A DNA stretch of 64,000 bases from Raillietiella orientalis (GCA_036172245.1 JAYWIR010000037.1:496001-560000); one strand, 5' to 3'. Counted from the first letter of the stretch, positions 8,900-21,592 are shown. A program made the numbers and translations. Notes: generated from the sequence alone by a model not told the origin.

Positions 8900-10890
8900 T
8901 TTTTTACGTCACTATCTGTCAGCCCGCATCTTCCGGTTCTTTGAGAAGGGTTTTCCGACTGCGTCCGGCTGGGCTCGGCGACGACCTCTGCACTTTTTGG
9001 TTTGGAATTTTTTGTTCTCTTGCGCGATTCCGTCTGCACTCGCTCACTCCCTCTGCGGATTACGCTGCAGGAGTTTCGCGAGCGAGCCTTTGGGGGCAAG
9101 ACATCTTCAATGTGGTGGCTCGACTGCTCGCAGCGGCGGATACCTTCTCCTCAGATGCCCCCTTTTGTTGCCGCTGCCGCACACCTTGGCTTCGAGGCAC
9201 TCAGCGCCGATCTGCATTCTAAAGGGAAGCTGCTTGCCTTCGTCCACGGTGACGCGCGCTGCAGCCAAGCCACTGAACCGCCCCTGGAATCAGGGGAACA
9301 CTTTGGGCGTGCACCGTTGCTGGCAGGGAACTTTTTGGTCTATCCGCAATTCCGGTAGTCCGGTAGAGTGGACTGCCACTCAGCTGTCCCCCCCCCCCCC
9401 TTACATGGAAATTGCTCTGCCCTCAGCGCTGATAGGGGTTTTCAGTAATCTCTGGGCGGATCCTGCATCCTTGCAAATGAGCTTGGATCATGGATTGGCC
9501 CCCACGGATCACACCGAGGAACCTTCCACTCTTCCTTGTCAAAGTTCCGTTTGGCCAGTTCCTCGGCGATGCCACCCGGGTACGCCGGGACGTTTATTAA
9601 AAAAACATTTCTTCAGTCATTACAGAACGTGGTACAAGGCCCCACTGACGGCCACGCAATACCGGACCTGCCGGGACACCGGGACGCAGCCCGGTGTGGC
9701 TCTCCTCGCAGTGGAAGGGGATGGGGGAGAAAACAAAAATAAAATAAAATAATAAAAAAACAACAAAAGGAGTTTGGAGGGCCGGGAAGGGATCACAGAC
9801 AACTGCTGGGAGGGCCCATCCTTTGCAGGATGCCTTCGAGTTCCATTTTCATTTTTCCCAGATGGGGCCATCGGGTAGCTCTCTGCAGGAAGCGAACAGC
9901 ATACTCGATGACGTCCCTCACGATGCAATCTTCATCTTCGGCATCACTCCAGGCCGCCACGGTACCACGAATGCAGCAAAGTGCTGCCAGGGCTGCGGCT
10001 GGACTGAGGGCGTCCCGCACGAAGACAAGACTGTACACGCCTCTGGGGTTGCCACCATCCGGTATCCCAAGGGCCGTTTTAAGACGATCCCAAAGAATCC
10101 GGACGGCAGGGCAATCAACTAAGAGGTGGGGGAGCGACTCCCGCTCCCCACACCTGGCACACTCAGGATTTACTCTTCCCCGCGTCCAGTGGAAGCGGCG
10201 CGCGTTGCAGGGTAGACCCCAATGCAGCCACAGAAGCGCCGATTCTTGCCACTTCAGGGGAAGAATCCTGGATCCAAGTAGAACCGGGGGTCACTTCAGG
10301 TCATCCAATCGAATGCCGAGCAGCTCGCCCCATCTTCTTAATCCACGCGGCTGGAGACTAAGGGTCGTTGCATCTGTCAACTCTCCCATGGTCCAGCCGC
10401 TCATCATCTTCTCTCTGCCTGCGATACGGCAGCAGACTTGCCACCTCGGCTTCCGGCTTTCGTGAAGCGCCCTTTGGAGGAAGTGAGTTCCTCGGCGAAT
10501 GAGCGCACAACGGAAGCAAGAGCAAGACGGCCTACCTTGTCAGGCAGAGCCGACCGGTATCCTTGGGCCATGTAGACCCGGGTTTCCGTCTGGGCAGTTG
10601 GAGCAACCGTAGCCGCCACCTGACTCCATGACGAGGGGTGTTGATTCCCTGGAGACCACTGCCTCTGTCTTCATTGCTAGGGGGAAGAAATTTGCACTTC
10701 GCCTTTCCTCATCGGCGATGTTTGCAGGCATTCCTGTCATTCGTGCACTGCGAACACGCCGACTTCAAAAAACACAGGTAAAAACTAGACAACAAGCGCT
10801 TGCAGTCATGGGCGGATCGAAAGACAGAGGGAGGGAGAAAACATTCCTGTCGCTTCTTACTTGCGCCCGGAGTAACCGGACGTAAGCGAG
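8900..10890 (-). mobile_element. Old L1/Tx1 ORF2 remnant (linker and RT start), host of copy E
   Basis: Minus strand PANIADEERRSANFF (~10690-10730); VVRSFAEEL|AKRNF rejoined across the 9570-10485 insertion; LLKTPISAE (~9425-9450). Heavily frameshifted. Confidence 0.5.
9570..10485 (-). mobile_element. Young 5'-truncated copy E, nearly identical to unit A 4753-5662, with a perfect 13-bp TSD
   Basis: Near-identical translated ORFs to unit A; AGTTCCTCGGCGA duplicated at 9557-9569 and 10486-10498; no poly(A) tail. Confidence 0.93.
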
Positions 10891-12552
10891 AATTTCTATC
10901 TGGAACTGCATTTTGTCCTCGATAAAAGAGCAAACATCAGCAGGAATGACTACATAAAATGGATCTCAAGACGACCTTGTTTAGATGCTTTCAAAAGTTT
11001 TTTTTTTTTTTTTTTTTCATTTTCAGACTTTTTATATTGCTCTCTCTCTGTTTCATTCCCGAGATTCGGAGGATGTTGTTTTTTTGTCACAGCGCATCGG
11101 GCACTTGCACCCACCTTGGAGACGAAATACGGAAATGATGAACGGGGGAATTTTTCATGGCACACCACCCACGCGCAAAGTGAAGTTGGCCTTTGTATCG
11201 ATTCGGTTTCCATTTTCATCCGTGTCTTAAAGGACACATGACGACGTGGAATACGAAACTCCGGATGCGAACTTTATCATCACATTCGTCTACCAGCATA
11301 TCCATTTAACACCGTACTGATGGATCAGTCACCATGACGCCGACTCCGTTCATCTCTCTGTCGCGTTTTGCTGTGGCTGCTCCGCGTTTCTGTTGTCCTT
11401 TAGGACTGATCGCATTTGCAGGCCCTTCCGAAAATTAAGGATTATAAATGGGGATTCATCACGGGATGTACAGCAGCAGAGGGGGGGGGGGGGAGAAAAA
11501 AATGGGCTGAGTAGAAGAGTAGAATCAGGCAAGTTCAGAAAAACATACCGTGGTGACTGCTGTATTTGTGAACACCTTTGTCTTCAAATCTTGAACGAAA
11601 CGGGCTCTCGGTGAGGTAGTCAGCTGACACATGTTCCGAAAGCCTTCAGGGGTATCCCACCCACGCGGTGCAATTTACACCCCAACTTCTTTTTTCCATT
11701 ACCATCAGTGATCTCTAGGATTAAGAAGCGGAAAAATGGAAACAAAATGCTTGTAGGAAAGTGATTTACTTTTGGAGCAGTAAAGAGACATCACTCTGCA
11801 GGGAGAAAGTTTCTTTCAAAATTGTGCTGATACAGTTAAAGCACGAAGCAGTCCACAGAGGAAGAGGCAGTGATTGCTAGTTGTCCAACGGAAACCGAGA
11901 ATTACGGGAAACCAAAAAATGCGAAACGAAGCCGATCGATTCGGCAGATGTTGCCATTGAAGGAAAAGGCACAGCCATCATTTTCTTGCACAGGTAGATG
12001 GTGTGTGTTTCCTCATGGCACGCTGTTGCAGCTTTTCTTTCGCCTATGCATGTATGTTAAGGTAGCCAACCATCCGAGACTCGTCACGACTTTCCTTTTT
12101 TGCTAAGCGGCCCAGCTTTTTTTCAGCTCTTTTTCCTAATTCTTTCTGTTTCAATGTTGAATGTGGAAGCTGGTAGGCATGGTGGTTATGAAATTAATAA
12201 TTACATCCACGATTCAGTGATGCGGGAAACGTGATAATCTGGTTCTTCAGATTCCTTTTTTTAACTTGCATGCAACCAGTGTCGGCTGCCTATGATCCAC
12301 TGTCTATGATCAACTCTATGATCTACCATTCTCGCGAACCTATCCATGATTTGCAAACTTGCTACTAAGAAGAAGAAGAGGAGGAAAGTTGGAGACTCTG
12401 TGGTAGCAGCGGTCTCCGCGCATGGTGCCACGCGTTGCGGGTTCGAATCCCCACGTCGAGGATCGACTCTGGGAAACGGGCGCTTCCTGGGTTACGAGTT
12501 TTCGCCTCAAGATTGCGCTGATTGGACTGTAAGCTTTGAGTGCGGCATCGGT

Positions 12553-14194
12553 TGACACTCGGTCATGCCAGGGCGTTTATTTATAAAAAATAAACGTACA
12601 TGTCTGTGGCAGAACGTTTGATCCTGCCACGTTACTTATAACAACGAGAGGGAACCTGCCTGGAACTGGCACCAGTGGGGTTAGCCTCGGCAGCACAGGG
12701 GAAGGGGAGACAAACAAAAAGAAAAAAAACAAAAAAAATTCAGTCAAAAAATGAGGGAGGGGGGGGGGGCAGGGAGGTTCAGGAAAGGCTCACCGTGTGT
12801 GCTGGAGGACGTCCTCTGCATCCTTGTGAGGATGCCGGCAAGTTCCTGTTTTATAGTTCCCAGATGGGGCCATCTTCACACTGTCCTCATGAAGAGGACA
12901 GCAAAATAGATGGCGTCCCTGTCGTCCTGGCCTCCTCTGGCGTTGTTCCATGGAGCCACGATCCAGCCACGTAGGCAGCAAAGTGCTGCTAGGGATGCGG
13001 CCTGACGGCATGAGAGTGTCATGCAGGAAGAGGTGCTTCGGAACGTCTCTGGCAGTGCCGCCGGGGGTTCCAAGGGTCGTGGCCAAGCGCCCACAAAGGG
13101 GCCGGAGGGCAACAGTCTACCAGGAGGTGCAGGAAGGATTCCTTCTCCCCGCAACTGGCACAGTTCGGGTCCCCCCTCCCCCCCATGCCCAATGATGCCG
13201 GTAGGTGTTGCATGGGAGGCCCCAGTGCAGTAGCATCAACGCCGACTCCTGCCATTTTAAGGGGAGAGTATGGGTGTTTATGATCACCGGGGACACTGCA
13301 GCATACCCAGCAGCACGCTTCAACCCGAAAGTTCACGAGGTCGAGCAATCGGAGTCGCAGTTTCGGTGAGCTGGTCCGTCATCCACTCGCCCAGTCCTCT
13401 TCTTCCGGAGATTTCCACAGTAACCTCCCATCTAGCCGTAAGCTGCTACCCATGTGCTCTTTAAGGGAGGGCATCCCGGTGGCGAGGGAGGTTCTGTTTG
13501 CTCATGCACTCTTCGCGGTATCTTCCAGGATTTCCCGGAGCGTGCAGTTGTTACGCGCATACAGGATTCGTCGCACCTGTTCCCGGCTTGGCTCCTGGAT
13601 TCGCGCCCACGTGCGAACGGCTTCCGGGAACCAGGCACTACCGTTCACGGGGCTGCACGAGATCCAGCTGATCTTCCTGGTGAGCGTGGCCATCCGCCGA
13701 AGCTGCAGCCCGCAGCGGGAGATGTTAAGGCGACGGCGCGCAAGGAAGCAAGCGAGTCCCACGCTGCCGGTGGCTTTCTGGAGGAGGTGAGGTGCAGGTT
13801 GGCACCAGGTGGTGCTTCACAGGTTTGCCACGAGGGCAAGTGTCTGAAACTATGGCTGCAATTCCGTTCGCTTCAGCGTCAGGAGGCCTAGGCCGCCTTC
13901 TCGACGCGGAGCACACACGTTCTTTAGGCAAACTCGGGCCTCCTTTTGCCCCAGAGGGCGATCCGGAAGAGATCTTTTGTCCGCTTTCTAACGTTGCATG
14001 GCGGGGTGCAAACAAAAAGCAGGGGGGTCACGGAGGTGTTCCATACTACGGCCCGTTCCGGCAGTTAAAACCTGCCTATTTGGAATGGGTCCATCGCCTG
14101 CAGTGCGTTCTGAAGACGGTCGGACCGGGGTGTTTCTGCGGAGCAGAAGTCCCCCAACGGAATGCCCAGGTACTTTAAGTACCGACCCGTAAAG
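12553..14194 (-). mobile_element. Diverged 5'-truncated L1/Tx1-like copy G inserted in the tRNA-headed repeat
   Basis: Minus strand KYLGI, PRREGGLGLLTL, LPLKWQESALMLLHWGLPCN, CASCGEKESFLHLLVDC; 3'UTR with AATAAA ending CCGAGTGTCA; decayed TSD GTGCGGCATCGGT (12540-12552) versus GTGCGTCATTCGT (14195-14207). Confidence 0.85.
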
Positions 14195-14439
14195 GTGCGT
14201 CATTCGTGGAAGCCGGAAACCGGATGTTCTGTTGAGTGGCCAAGATTGAAGGTGAACCCTCCGGGGTCCTTCCAGGAATCGAGAGCCGGTTCCTTTCGGG
14301 GTTCCCCTTCGGTTGTACAAACGAAGCTTCGTGGAGCTCGTGGATTTCCTCCAGAGCATCGAGAAGTGCGCTGCTCCCTTAGGGAGGAACTCTTCAAAGA
14401 AAATTTGGAAGCGTCCCTTCGGGATTTCCTTCGGGAACA

Positions 14440-15546
14440 ACCAGGCCGGATGGCCTGTTGTCCATCGTCAACTCTATGCTTGGCTAGGAGAAACATTCGG
14501 CACGTGGGCGAAGATGAGCGAGCCGAGCTCCGAAGAATGGAACTGGTTAATGGAGCGCCATCTGTGCCCGCTACTCGCAGAGGAATATCCAGCATGAGCG
14601 CGTGGGCGGAGCAGACCCCCTCGCAGCAACGATGCCTTTCCTAAGGTTGGCACTTGACAGCCGCCGTTAAACGTCGAGGTGGGAAGTCTCTTGTGAGATC
14701 GTAGGCAGGCGGAAGCTGATGGGTGGATAGACCATGGGGCATCTGGAAGATGCGGCGACCCCGAGTGTCCTTCCATGAGGACTTCAACACGAGTAAGCTG
14801 TCGGGCATTCCCAGCGAGGACCTGGAGTGACATCCAGTGCTCAAGAACAGCAGCACTCTCCTCCTGAAGTGGCAAGAGTCGGCACTTATGCTGTTGCTCT
14901 GGGGTCTTCCTTGAAACTCACGTCGACTCGGGGGGGGGGGTGGCGAGCCCGGACTGTCGCAGGTGCGGGGAAGAGAATCCTTTCGCACCTGCTTGTGGAC
15001 TGTGTTGCCATTGCGGACTGTGGCACCTGTGGGAACGTTTCGAAACGACCCTTTGGATCGCGGTTGGCACCTCCAGGACGCTTCACGGCTCCTCTTTGTG
15101 CGGAATGCCCTGCAGCCCCAGCAGCGCTTTGCTGCATCTGTGGGATAGTGACGACCTGGAGCGAAGCCGACGGAGGAAGAAACGAGAGGGACGCTGTACA
15201 GCTCGCAGTCCGCTTTCTGCGGATAGCGACCAGATGGCTCCACCTGGGACCTATTCGGACGGCCTATCTGGCATCGTAGAAAGGATGCAAAGGACTCTCT
15301 CCAGCGGACAGTGATCCATTCCCGACCCTCCAGGTTGTTCCCATTCCTTTGTATTTGTTGTTTTCTTCCATTTTTCTTTTCGCTTTCTCCCTTCCCTCTC
15401 CGCCGTCGAGGGGATCCTGGGTCTGGGGACCGGCGACCCAGCAGGTCTATAGACAGACGGACTGTGGCAGGGTACCACGCGTGTCCCGCCGCATTTTATG
15501 AGTTCATTTTAGATTTCAATCAATGCCCCGGCGTGTCCGGGTGGGA
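14440..15546 (+). mobile_element. Diverged 5'-truncated L1/Tx1-like copy H
   Basis: AWLGETFGTWAK, LLKWQESALMLLLWGLP and CRRCGEE..HLLVDC with stops and frameshifts; family 3'UTR ending CCCGGCGTGTCCGGGTG. Confidence 0.82.
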
Positions 15547-15989
15547 ATTGGAGACAACCAAGGTGGGAGGCTCCCTTCCAAGCCCTAGAGGAATGGATTC
15601 CCTTCCTGCATTCAAGGAGTGGTCCCCTCCAGGGTTGCGCCTTTAACTTGTAGAGTTACTACATGCAGGGAACCGTGCTAAAGAGCTCCGCAAGCCTTCA
15701 GGCGGATGACGGTTCCTGAGTACTTAGCGAACCAAGAGAAGGCAGAGATCGTCAAGTCCTCCTTTACCACAGAAGTGTAAAGTAAACAGAAACGAACAGC
15801 GGGAAGAAACCTCGGGAATCTCTGGAAACACTGAAGTTCGGGAACAGCGGTTGAAACAGTCGGATGGAACTAAAAAAAAAAAAAAAAAAAAAAAAACACT
15901 ATCTTCGCATTTTCGAAGTTTTCATTTCGCCATTTCGAGAATCGTTCCTTCCGCATCCGAAAAGTGCTCTGCTTAAAGGAATGCAAGCG

Positions 15990-18900
15990 GATCTGTGCAG
16001 AATGCACCCACCCGGATCCTCGTGAGCTGCACGACCATCGGAAGCGGCAATCGGGAAGACCACCCTCGCGTCCCCGACCGGCCTTATGCTGCTGCAAGCG
16101 AGCTACGCGTTTCCACGCCCCCGCTTTGCCTGCCACCGTGCGGTCACTTACGGAACCGAGCCGCATCCGCACAGGTTGCCCGGCTGTTAGTAGCGGGAGA
16201 AGCCAGCAGATCGGCACAGCGACGTGCGCGTGCCACTTGCAACCCGCAAACCGTTCTTACCGCGGTTGCGGCAACCCGATGCCAACTGCCGCGTTCCGTC
16301 GTCCATGGAGTGACAGCAGACCGGGGAATGGACTGGCCAGAGGCCTGCCGCTTTGCTGAGACGCAGGAGGAGACGCGAAGGGAAACGCGCGTTTTCCTTA
16401 AAACTAGAGGCGCTCTCCGGGATGCTCATCCGCTTGGCGCCGAATCGGGAAGCGGGGAACGGCCCCGCCCCCTCCCTCCTCCTTCCCCCTCCCGCGAGGG
16501 AACGACAGGATGCTCCCTTCGCGACTTGCCTCCCCCTGCACTCCGCCTCCTCCCAGGGGCGTCGCTGCCTCGGGTCGCGCGACTCCTGCCGTTGCCACCA
16601 GGGGCCGTCGAGCGAAGGGGGAGTGGCGATGAGCAGCGGCAGAGGACGTGTGCACTCCGCGGGAAGGGACCAGACTCCCGGAAAGTCGTGTTCCCCGGGA
16701 ACGCCCCGCGCACTCGAGCCTCCCGCCTTCCTCCTTGAGCCGGACAGGAGTGCCGGGCAGGACGTCCTCCCCTCGAGGAGCGGCGGCGCGACAGCGACGG
16801 AGTCGGGGCGCCGGTGTCCAAAGGCACGGCCGCCCGTCCCGGGACGCTCCCGACAGGATCCGACTCTAGGGTATCGCGGACGAGCCCTTCCTCCCCAGGG
16901 TGCGTGAGTCCCCTTTCGGGGGCTGAAGGAGGGGACGTTGGCCTCCGAAACCGGGAGCGCCTGCGCCCGCAAGGCACCCGGGCTGTTCCTCTTTGCGCTC
17001 GAGAACTCCCTTCTCGCCGTGGGTTTCTCCTGGACCCTGGATCTCCAGGGTGAGCCTCGAGGGCTTTCTCCGAAGAGCCTCTTTGGAACGAGGGGGTTTC
17101 GAAGCAGGGCCGCCGCCGGGACTTTCGGTCGCCCGAAGAGAAGAAGGGGTCCGGATGTGGGGAGCTGCTCGAGGGTCCTGCGCTCCCACTCCCCCCCTCC
17201 ACTCTGGGTCTGCTTGCGGTGGGACCAGGGAGATGCTGCAGCCGGACGGGAGGGACTCCCCGTCACCACCCACATCCGACCGACTTGCCCGCCGGCGCCG
17301 CCGCAAACCCCCGCTGGGGTTCCTTTACTCCCACGTCATCACCCGAGCGCAGGAGAGCGCGCCGCGAGGGCTGCTGCAGGTGCAGCTGGCGGGAAGACCG
17401 CTGCCCCGGCTCCTGGAATCGTTGCGTCTCCGAGGCCCTTGGCCTCGGAGAGCTTTCGTCCCCGGAGGAAGGGAACGCTCCCGGACGACGGAAGACGCTC
17501 CCCACCCCACCCCTTTCCACCCGATGCAGGAGCCGGGGCAATTCTGGGCACTCGCCGAGGTGCAACCGCGGGGAAGGGCGGGGGAGGAGGATCCGTTCGA
17601 CCCAGCGCTTCCACAGGAGGACTCTGGGGTCTCCTCCCTGCAGGCGCGATACCTCAGGGGCAGGTGAGGGAGGGACCGGGCCTTGGGGTCGCTGCGGCAT
17701 TCGCGTCCTGGCGCTCTCTCCTGAATAATGAGCATCCGAGGGCGGAAGATCATCGAGCCATTTTCGGGGAGACCTTGAGGTCCCGGATAGGTTCTGAATG
17801 ACTCATGTGGAACGAGTCATAGACTCCCGGGGAGGAGCACGGGAGCAGAAACCTACGAGGGACCGTGACGGCAGGAAGGGCAGGGAGGCAATCCGGAGCC
17901 GACGGCGGTCGTGGACGAGGGAGGGAAGAGAGAGCGAGAGACCCCTTCTCCGCTCCCCCCCCCCCTTCGGAGGCGGTTGCGAAGGACGCGCTCCACGGGC
18001 CCGCGCCTCAGCAGGAGGAGGAGCGGCGGCTCCGGCAATTCCTGTCCGGGAACCCCCCGAACCTCCGCCTCCGCTGCCGAGTTGGCGCGGGCCGACGTCT
18101 GAAAGTTGGCTCGCGGGGGAGGAAGCCGGCGTCCCAGGTGGGGCCGGCCGGCCCTTTCCTCTCCTTCCCACAGCGAGGAGCAGGGCGGTAGCTCTCCATC
18201 CTCCGAGGAGGGAGGTGGGATGGGAGACACTCCGGGGGAGGCGGGAAGGACTGGAAAGGGCCCCCTGCCAGGAGAAGCGGCTCTCGGAGGAGGAAGTGCT
18301 GCTCTCCCAGGTTCCCATTTTCATGCGTCCGGCAGGCGGAGCGGGGTGCGTTGTGGCAGAGATCCGCGGCTCTTCCGCCGGCTGCCCCGCCGCGGGCTCT
18401 CGGCTTCGGTGCCCCGACGGTCGCCAGGGACGAAGGGAAAAGGTAGAGGGGTAAGAAGGGTCGGAGCGGGCCCAGGAGGAGGAGGAGGAGGACAGCGTGC
18501 TCCCTTCTTTCCACCCTTCCCCTCGGGATGCGGGCAGGCGAGGAGCACCTCGTCCTCCACTCTCCGGAGCCGCCCTCCCCCCCCGGGCTGGAAACAAGGA
18601 AGGGAGGACGGCGATCGAGGGGGAAAGGATTCCCCCTCACCTCCTTCTGGTTCCGGGACCGCCCTCCGTGCTTCTTGGCAACTGGTCTCGCGTCCAGCGG
18701 GGGAGGTGAGCTGCGCAAAAGGTTTTCGTGGGCTTTCGTGCCTCTCGGGCAAGATCAGGAGACCGACCGGGCAGGGGCGCCCCCGCTGCCGCTTCCCGCC
18801 ATAACCCGGGAGCTCCCGGAGTCGGGAAGAACCTCCAGATGCTTTCCGCGGGCTCGCGCGGCGCTGCGCTCGGGTCGGCCCCTGATTGGTCGCGGTAACC

Positions 18901-20690
18901 TCCCCCCTCCGGGGGTGATCTCTTTACCCATCACCCTACACAGCGGACACTAGCGGCGGGCACTGGAGGGCGTCCGGGAGCAGCCGACCTCCAGCAGCAG
19001 AAGCGGCACCTTGGAAACTGCTGCAGGCGACGGGGGCGCCATCAGTGGCACTTCCACTTGGGGTAGCTTCCAGAAATCCCCGTCCCCCTTTCCCCTTCTC
19101 AGGCACCGAGGCGACGGATCCGTCTCCGGGACCAACCGTGCCATCTCTGCGCCCTCCCGCCTTTCCCAAGCTGGAAGGCAGGAAGAGGCTGGGGAATCGC
19201 CCGGTCCAACTAGGTGCTCCCGAGTTGCGCCTCCATCCGGCGCGAGGTGCCCGCAGCCTTTGCGGACGTCATGCAGGAGGCAGACGAAGGCCTGTGGATC
19301 GATAGATGCCGCGTCCCCGCGCCGAGGAGCCTCCTCCCGCGCGTGCGCAGCCGTCCTCCCACCGCGCTTCCTCCTCCACCTCCTCCGCGGGCTCGTCTGC
19401 AAGGAGCAGGCTGACCCGGAGCGCTCCTCCTCCTGCGTTGTATCATGCGGAGATGCGACTCCTCCCCCGCGCGAGACGGCACCGCGCCTGCTCGTCCCCA
19501 GCTTTCCCCGCACGCTTCATTCCTCATCTTCGCGTTTCCGGTCGGGCGGATCCGGGAAAACCCCTAGATTGATCTTCAGTGACCCCTGACCCCTACTGGC
19601 GAACGCGCAGTCAACTCCTGGTTCCTGCGGATCGGGGATCGGGGTGACGAAGCCCGGGAAGGCATCGGGTGGAGCGCGCCGCATACGATGCACAGGTCCC
19701 AACGTCACGGGCGGTAGGGTTCCCTTCCCTCTCTCTCTCCTCCCTAATTCCACTCTATGGGCCTCAATTCCCTTCTTTTTCGTTCTCCTCCTTTTACTTT
19801 CCTCCTTCCTCCAGCTCCCTCCGTTCCCGTCGAGGACTCGGCCAGCACCCTCCCTCCGGGAGGACTTTGTTGGACTCGGAGTGACGTCACGTCCCACCGT
19901 CTACTCCGGACGGTGAACGAACGCCGCGGCGCGGCCGGGCGGAAAGGCAGAGAGGCGCAGCTGCCTCTCGCCTGCATGGCGCCCGGATGAGCGGAGCTCG
20001 ACAGGGGTGTTTGACAAATCACGAGAAACGGATCTGGCCGCCGTCGTCTTGGAGAGGGGGGGGATGGAGTCCTTTCGCTTCCCACCCTCCCGCTGCCACC
20101 CCACCCCTTTCACCTCCAGCTTCCGTGAAGCGATCTGCCCACCTGGTAGCTGGGCGAGCCTACAAGTGCGATGGCGAAGTCTCGTCGCGAAGGCTGAGCC
20201 CGTAACTTCCCTACCCCGCTCCAGTCTCCGGGTCCACCCCCACGTTCCCTCTTTGCAAACGCGGTCGCGGTAGCTCGAATTTTTTTTCCTCTCTCGGAAG
20301 ACGATGGGTGTGTCTACGGAGCACCCGTGTGCCGCGCGGCACCACCGGAAGTACCCATCCTCTGCCCAGCTGGGAACGTCATCTGCGAAGCGAAATGGGT
20401 GCGCGCACGCGCGCGCCATGCGACGCGGAGATTTCAAAGCTTCAGCAGCCGGACAGACGGATCCTTCGGTGCTTGTTCCAGGTCCTGCATCCCGTTCCCA
20501 TTCGAGCCCGACTCCCATCCAGGTAAGGGACGTCGGAGTCAGGCTGCGCGAGCGGGCAGCCGAAGTGTCAGATCTGGAGCAGAGTTTGCAAGATGGAACG
20601 AATCGAAGCCTGCCGATGCCCAGTCAAGGTTACGGCAGCCGTTCTACCTCCGTGTACCATGCGGGCTTGTCAGTACGTCGAGGATAAAAA
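15990..20690 (+). CDS. Putative highly divergent (possibly disrupted) CTC1-like CST-complex subunit gene; exon structure not resolved
   Basis: GC-rich block with short GT-AG intron-like segments (18895-18943, 19063-19102). Collinear peptides resemble human CTC1 as recalled: LPPCGHL~LPCCSHL, LSGMLIRL~LAGSLVRL, ARPGT..RVS~LRPGT..RVS, APGLF~PAGLY, WIDRCRVPAPRSLLP~YIEDPHLPPSLGLLP. No in-frame start ATG found, and some frame changes lack obvious introns. Confidence 0.45.
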
Positions 20691-21195
20691 TTTTCCACAA
20701 CCGGCACATCTCTGGAAAAGAAAGGAAGGACGAAAACCAGAATTTAAGTTCTTTAACGAGTACACATTTGTGTTCTGAGCAGTCCACCTGGCGTCTTGTT
20801 CTTTTATTTTTTTTTTTTTTTTTTTTTTTTTTTCACGTGGGAGGCATTGCGTTTGAGAACAGAGATCTGATTGTTCAGTTGATGGCTATCGATTTCCTGC
20901 ATCTTCTGATGTGCTGGCACGAGCAGGCGCCGCCACACGTCTCTGAAACATGTGGTTGCCCCTCCCCCGAACAGGGGACTCGATCCGAGCGCACAAATCC
21001 GCTCATTTCTTCCGGAAGTGCTTTTTCGTTCCCGCGACTGCCCTCTTCGCTTTCGGCTCCGAACCACCTGGGAGCCATCGTTCGAGATGGAACCGGCCGG
21101 ACAACCACCTAGCAGTGCACCACCCACCCGCTCCCGAGGCGCCGCCGTCAAAGTGTTGCTGCGACTCGGCATGACTGGCGGATTACGTAACGCGT

Positions 21196-21239
21196 AGCAG
21201 CAGCAGCAGCAGCAGCAGCAGCATCAGCAGCATCAGCAG
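21196..21239 (+). repeat. (CAG)n microsatellite with CAT interruptions upstream of the thymosin start
   Basis: Directly visible. Confidence 0.95.
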
Positions 21240-21386
21240 AGGGAAAGCCGGTTTCGCGGGCGGGGTTGTGCTCGGCAGGAGTGTTCGTGTGAGTTCCCTG
21301 TGCGCTGTGGCGGAAAGCAATTTGAAGCGCTTAAGGAGCCATTTTTGTCGTTCAACCTTTGCTGTTGCTGCACACATAACGAAGCC

Positions 21387-21558
21387 ATGACTGAAGAATG
21401 CCCCAAATCACCGAAAGATTTGCCTAAAATCAACCAGTCGCTTAAGGATGAATTGGTTGGATTCGAAAAAGGAGAACTGAAAGACAGCCGTTGTGTCGAA
21501 AAAGGAGTGCTTCCTACGAAAGAAGGTGAAAATTTTTAAAAATGGGTGTGGAAAGTCA

Positions 21559-21592
<34 letters not shown>

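Larger units (their letters stand above)
12391..15790 (+). mobile_element. tRNA-headed (SINE-like) repeat, copy 1, in three pieces: 12391-12552, 14195-14440, 15547-~15790
   Basis: A-box-like TGGTAGCAGCGG and B box GGTTCGAATCC (12440-12450). All three pieces align in order with the reverse complement of 62061-62874. Confidence 0.75.

Noticed and set aside
12391..12470. Functional tRNA gene (also 62795-62874)
   Set aside because: A and B boxes are present, but there is no convincing acceptor stem or oligo-T terminator, and both continue into a shared repeat body.
16187..20518. Many long overlapping ORFs on both strands treated as separate genes
   Set aside because: Expected from very high GC content; translations are Arg/Pro/Gly-rich shadows with no recognisable domains.
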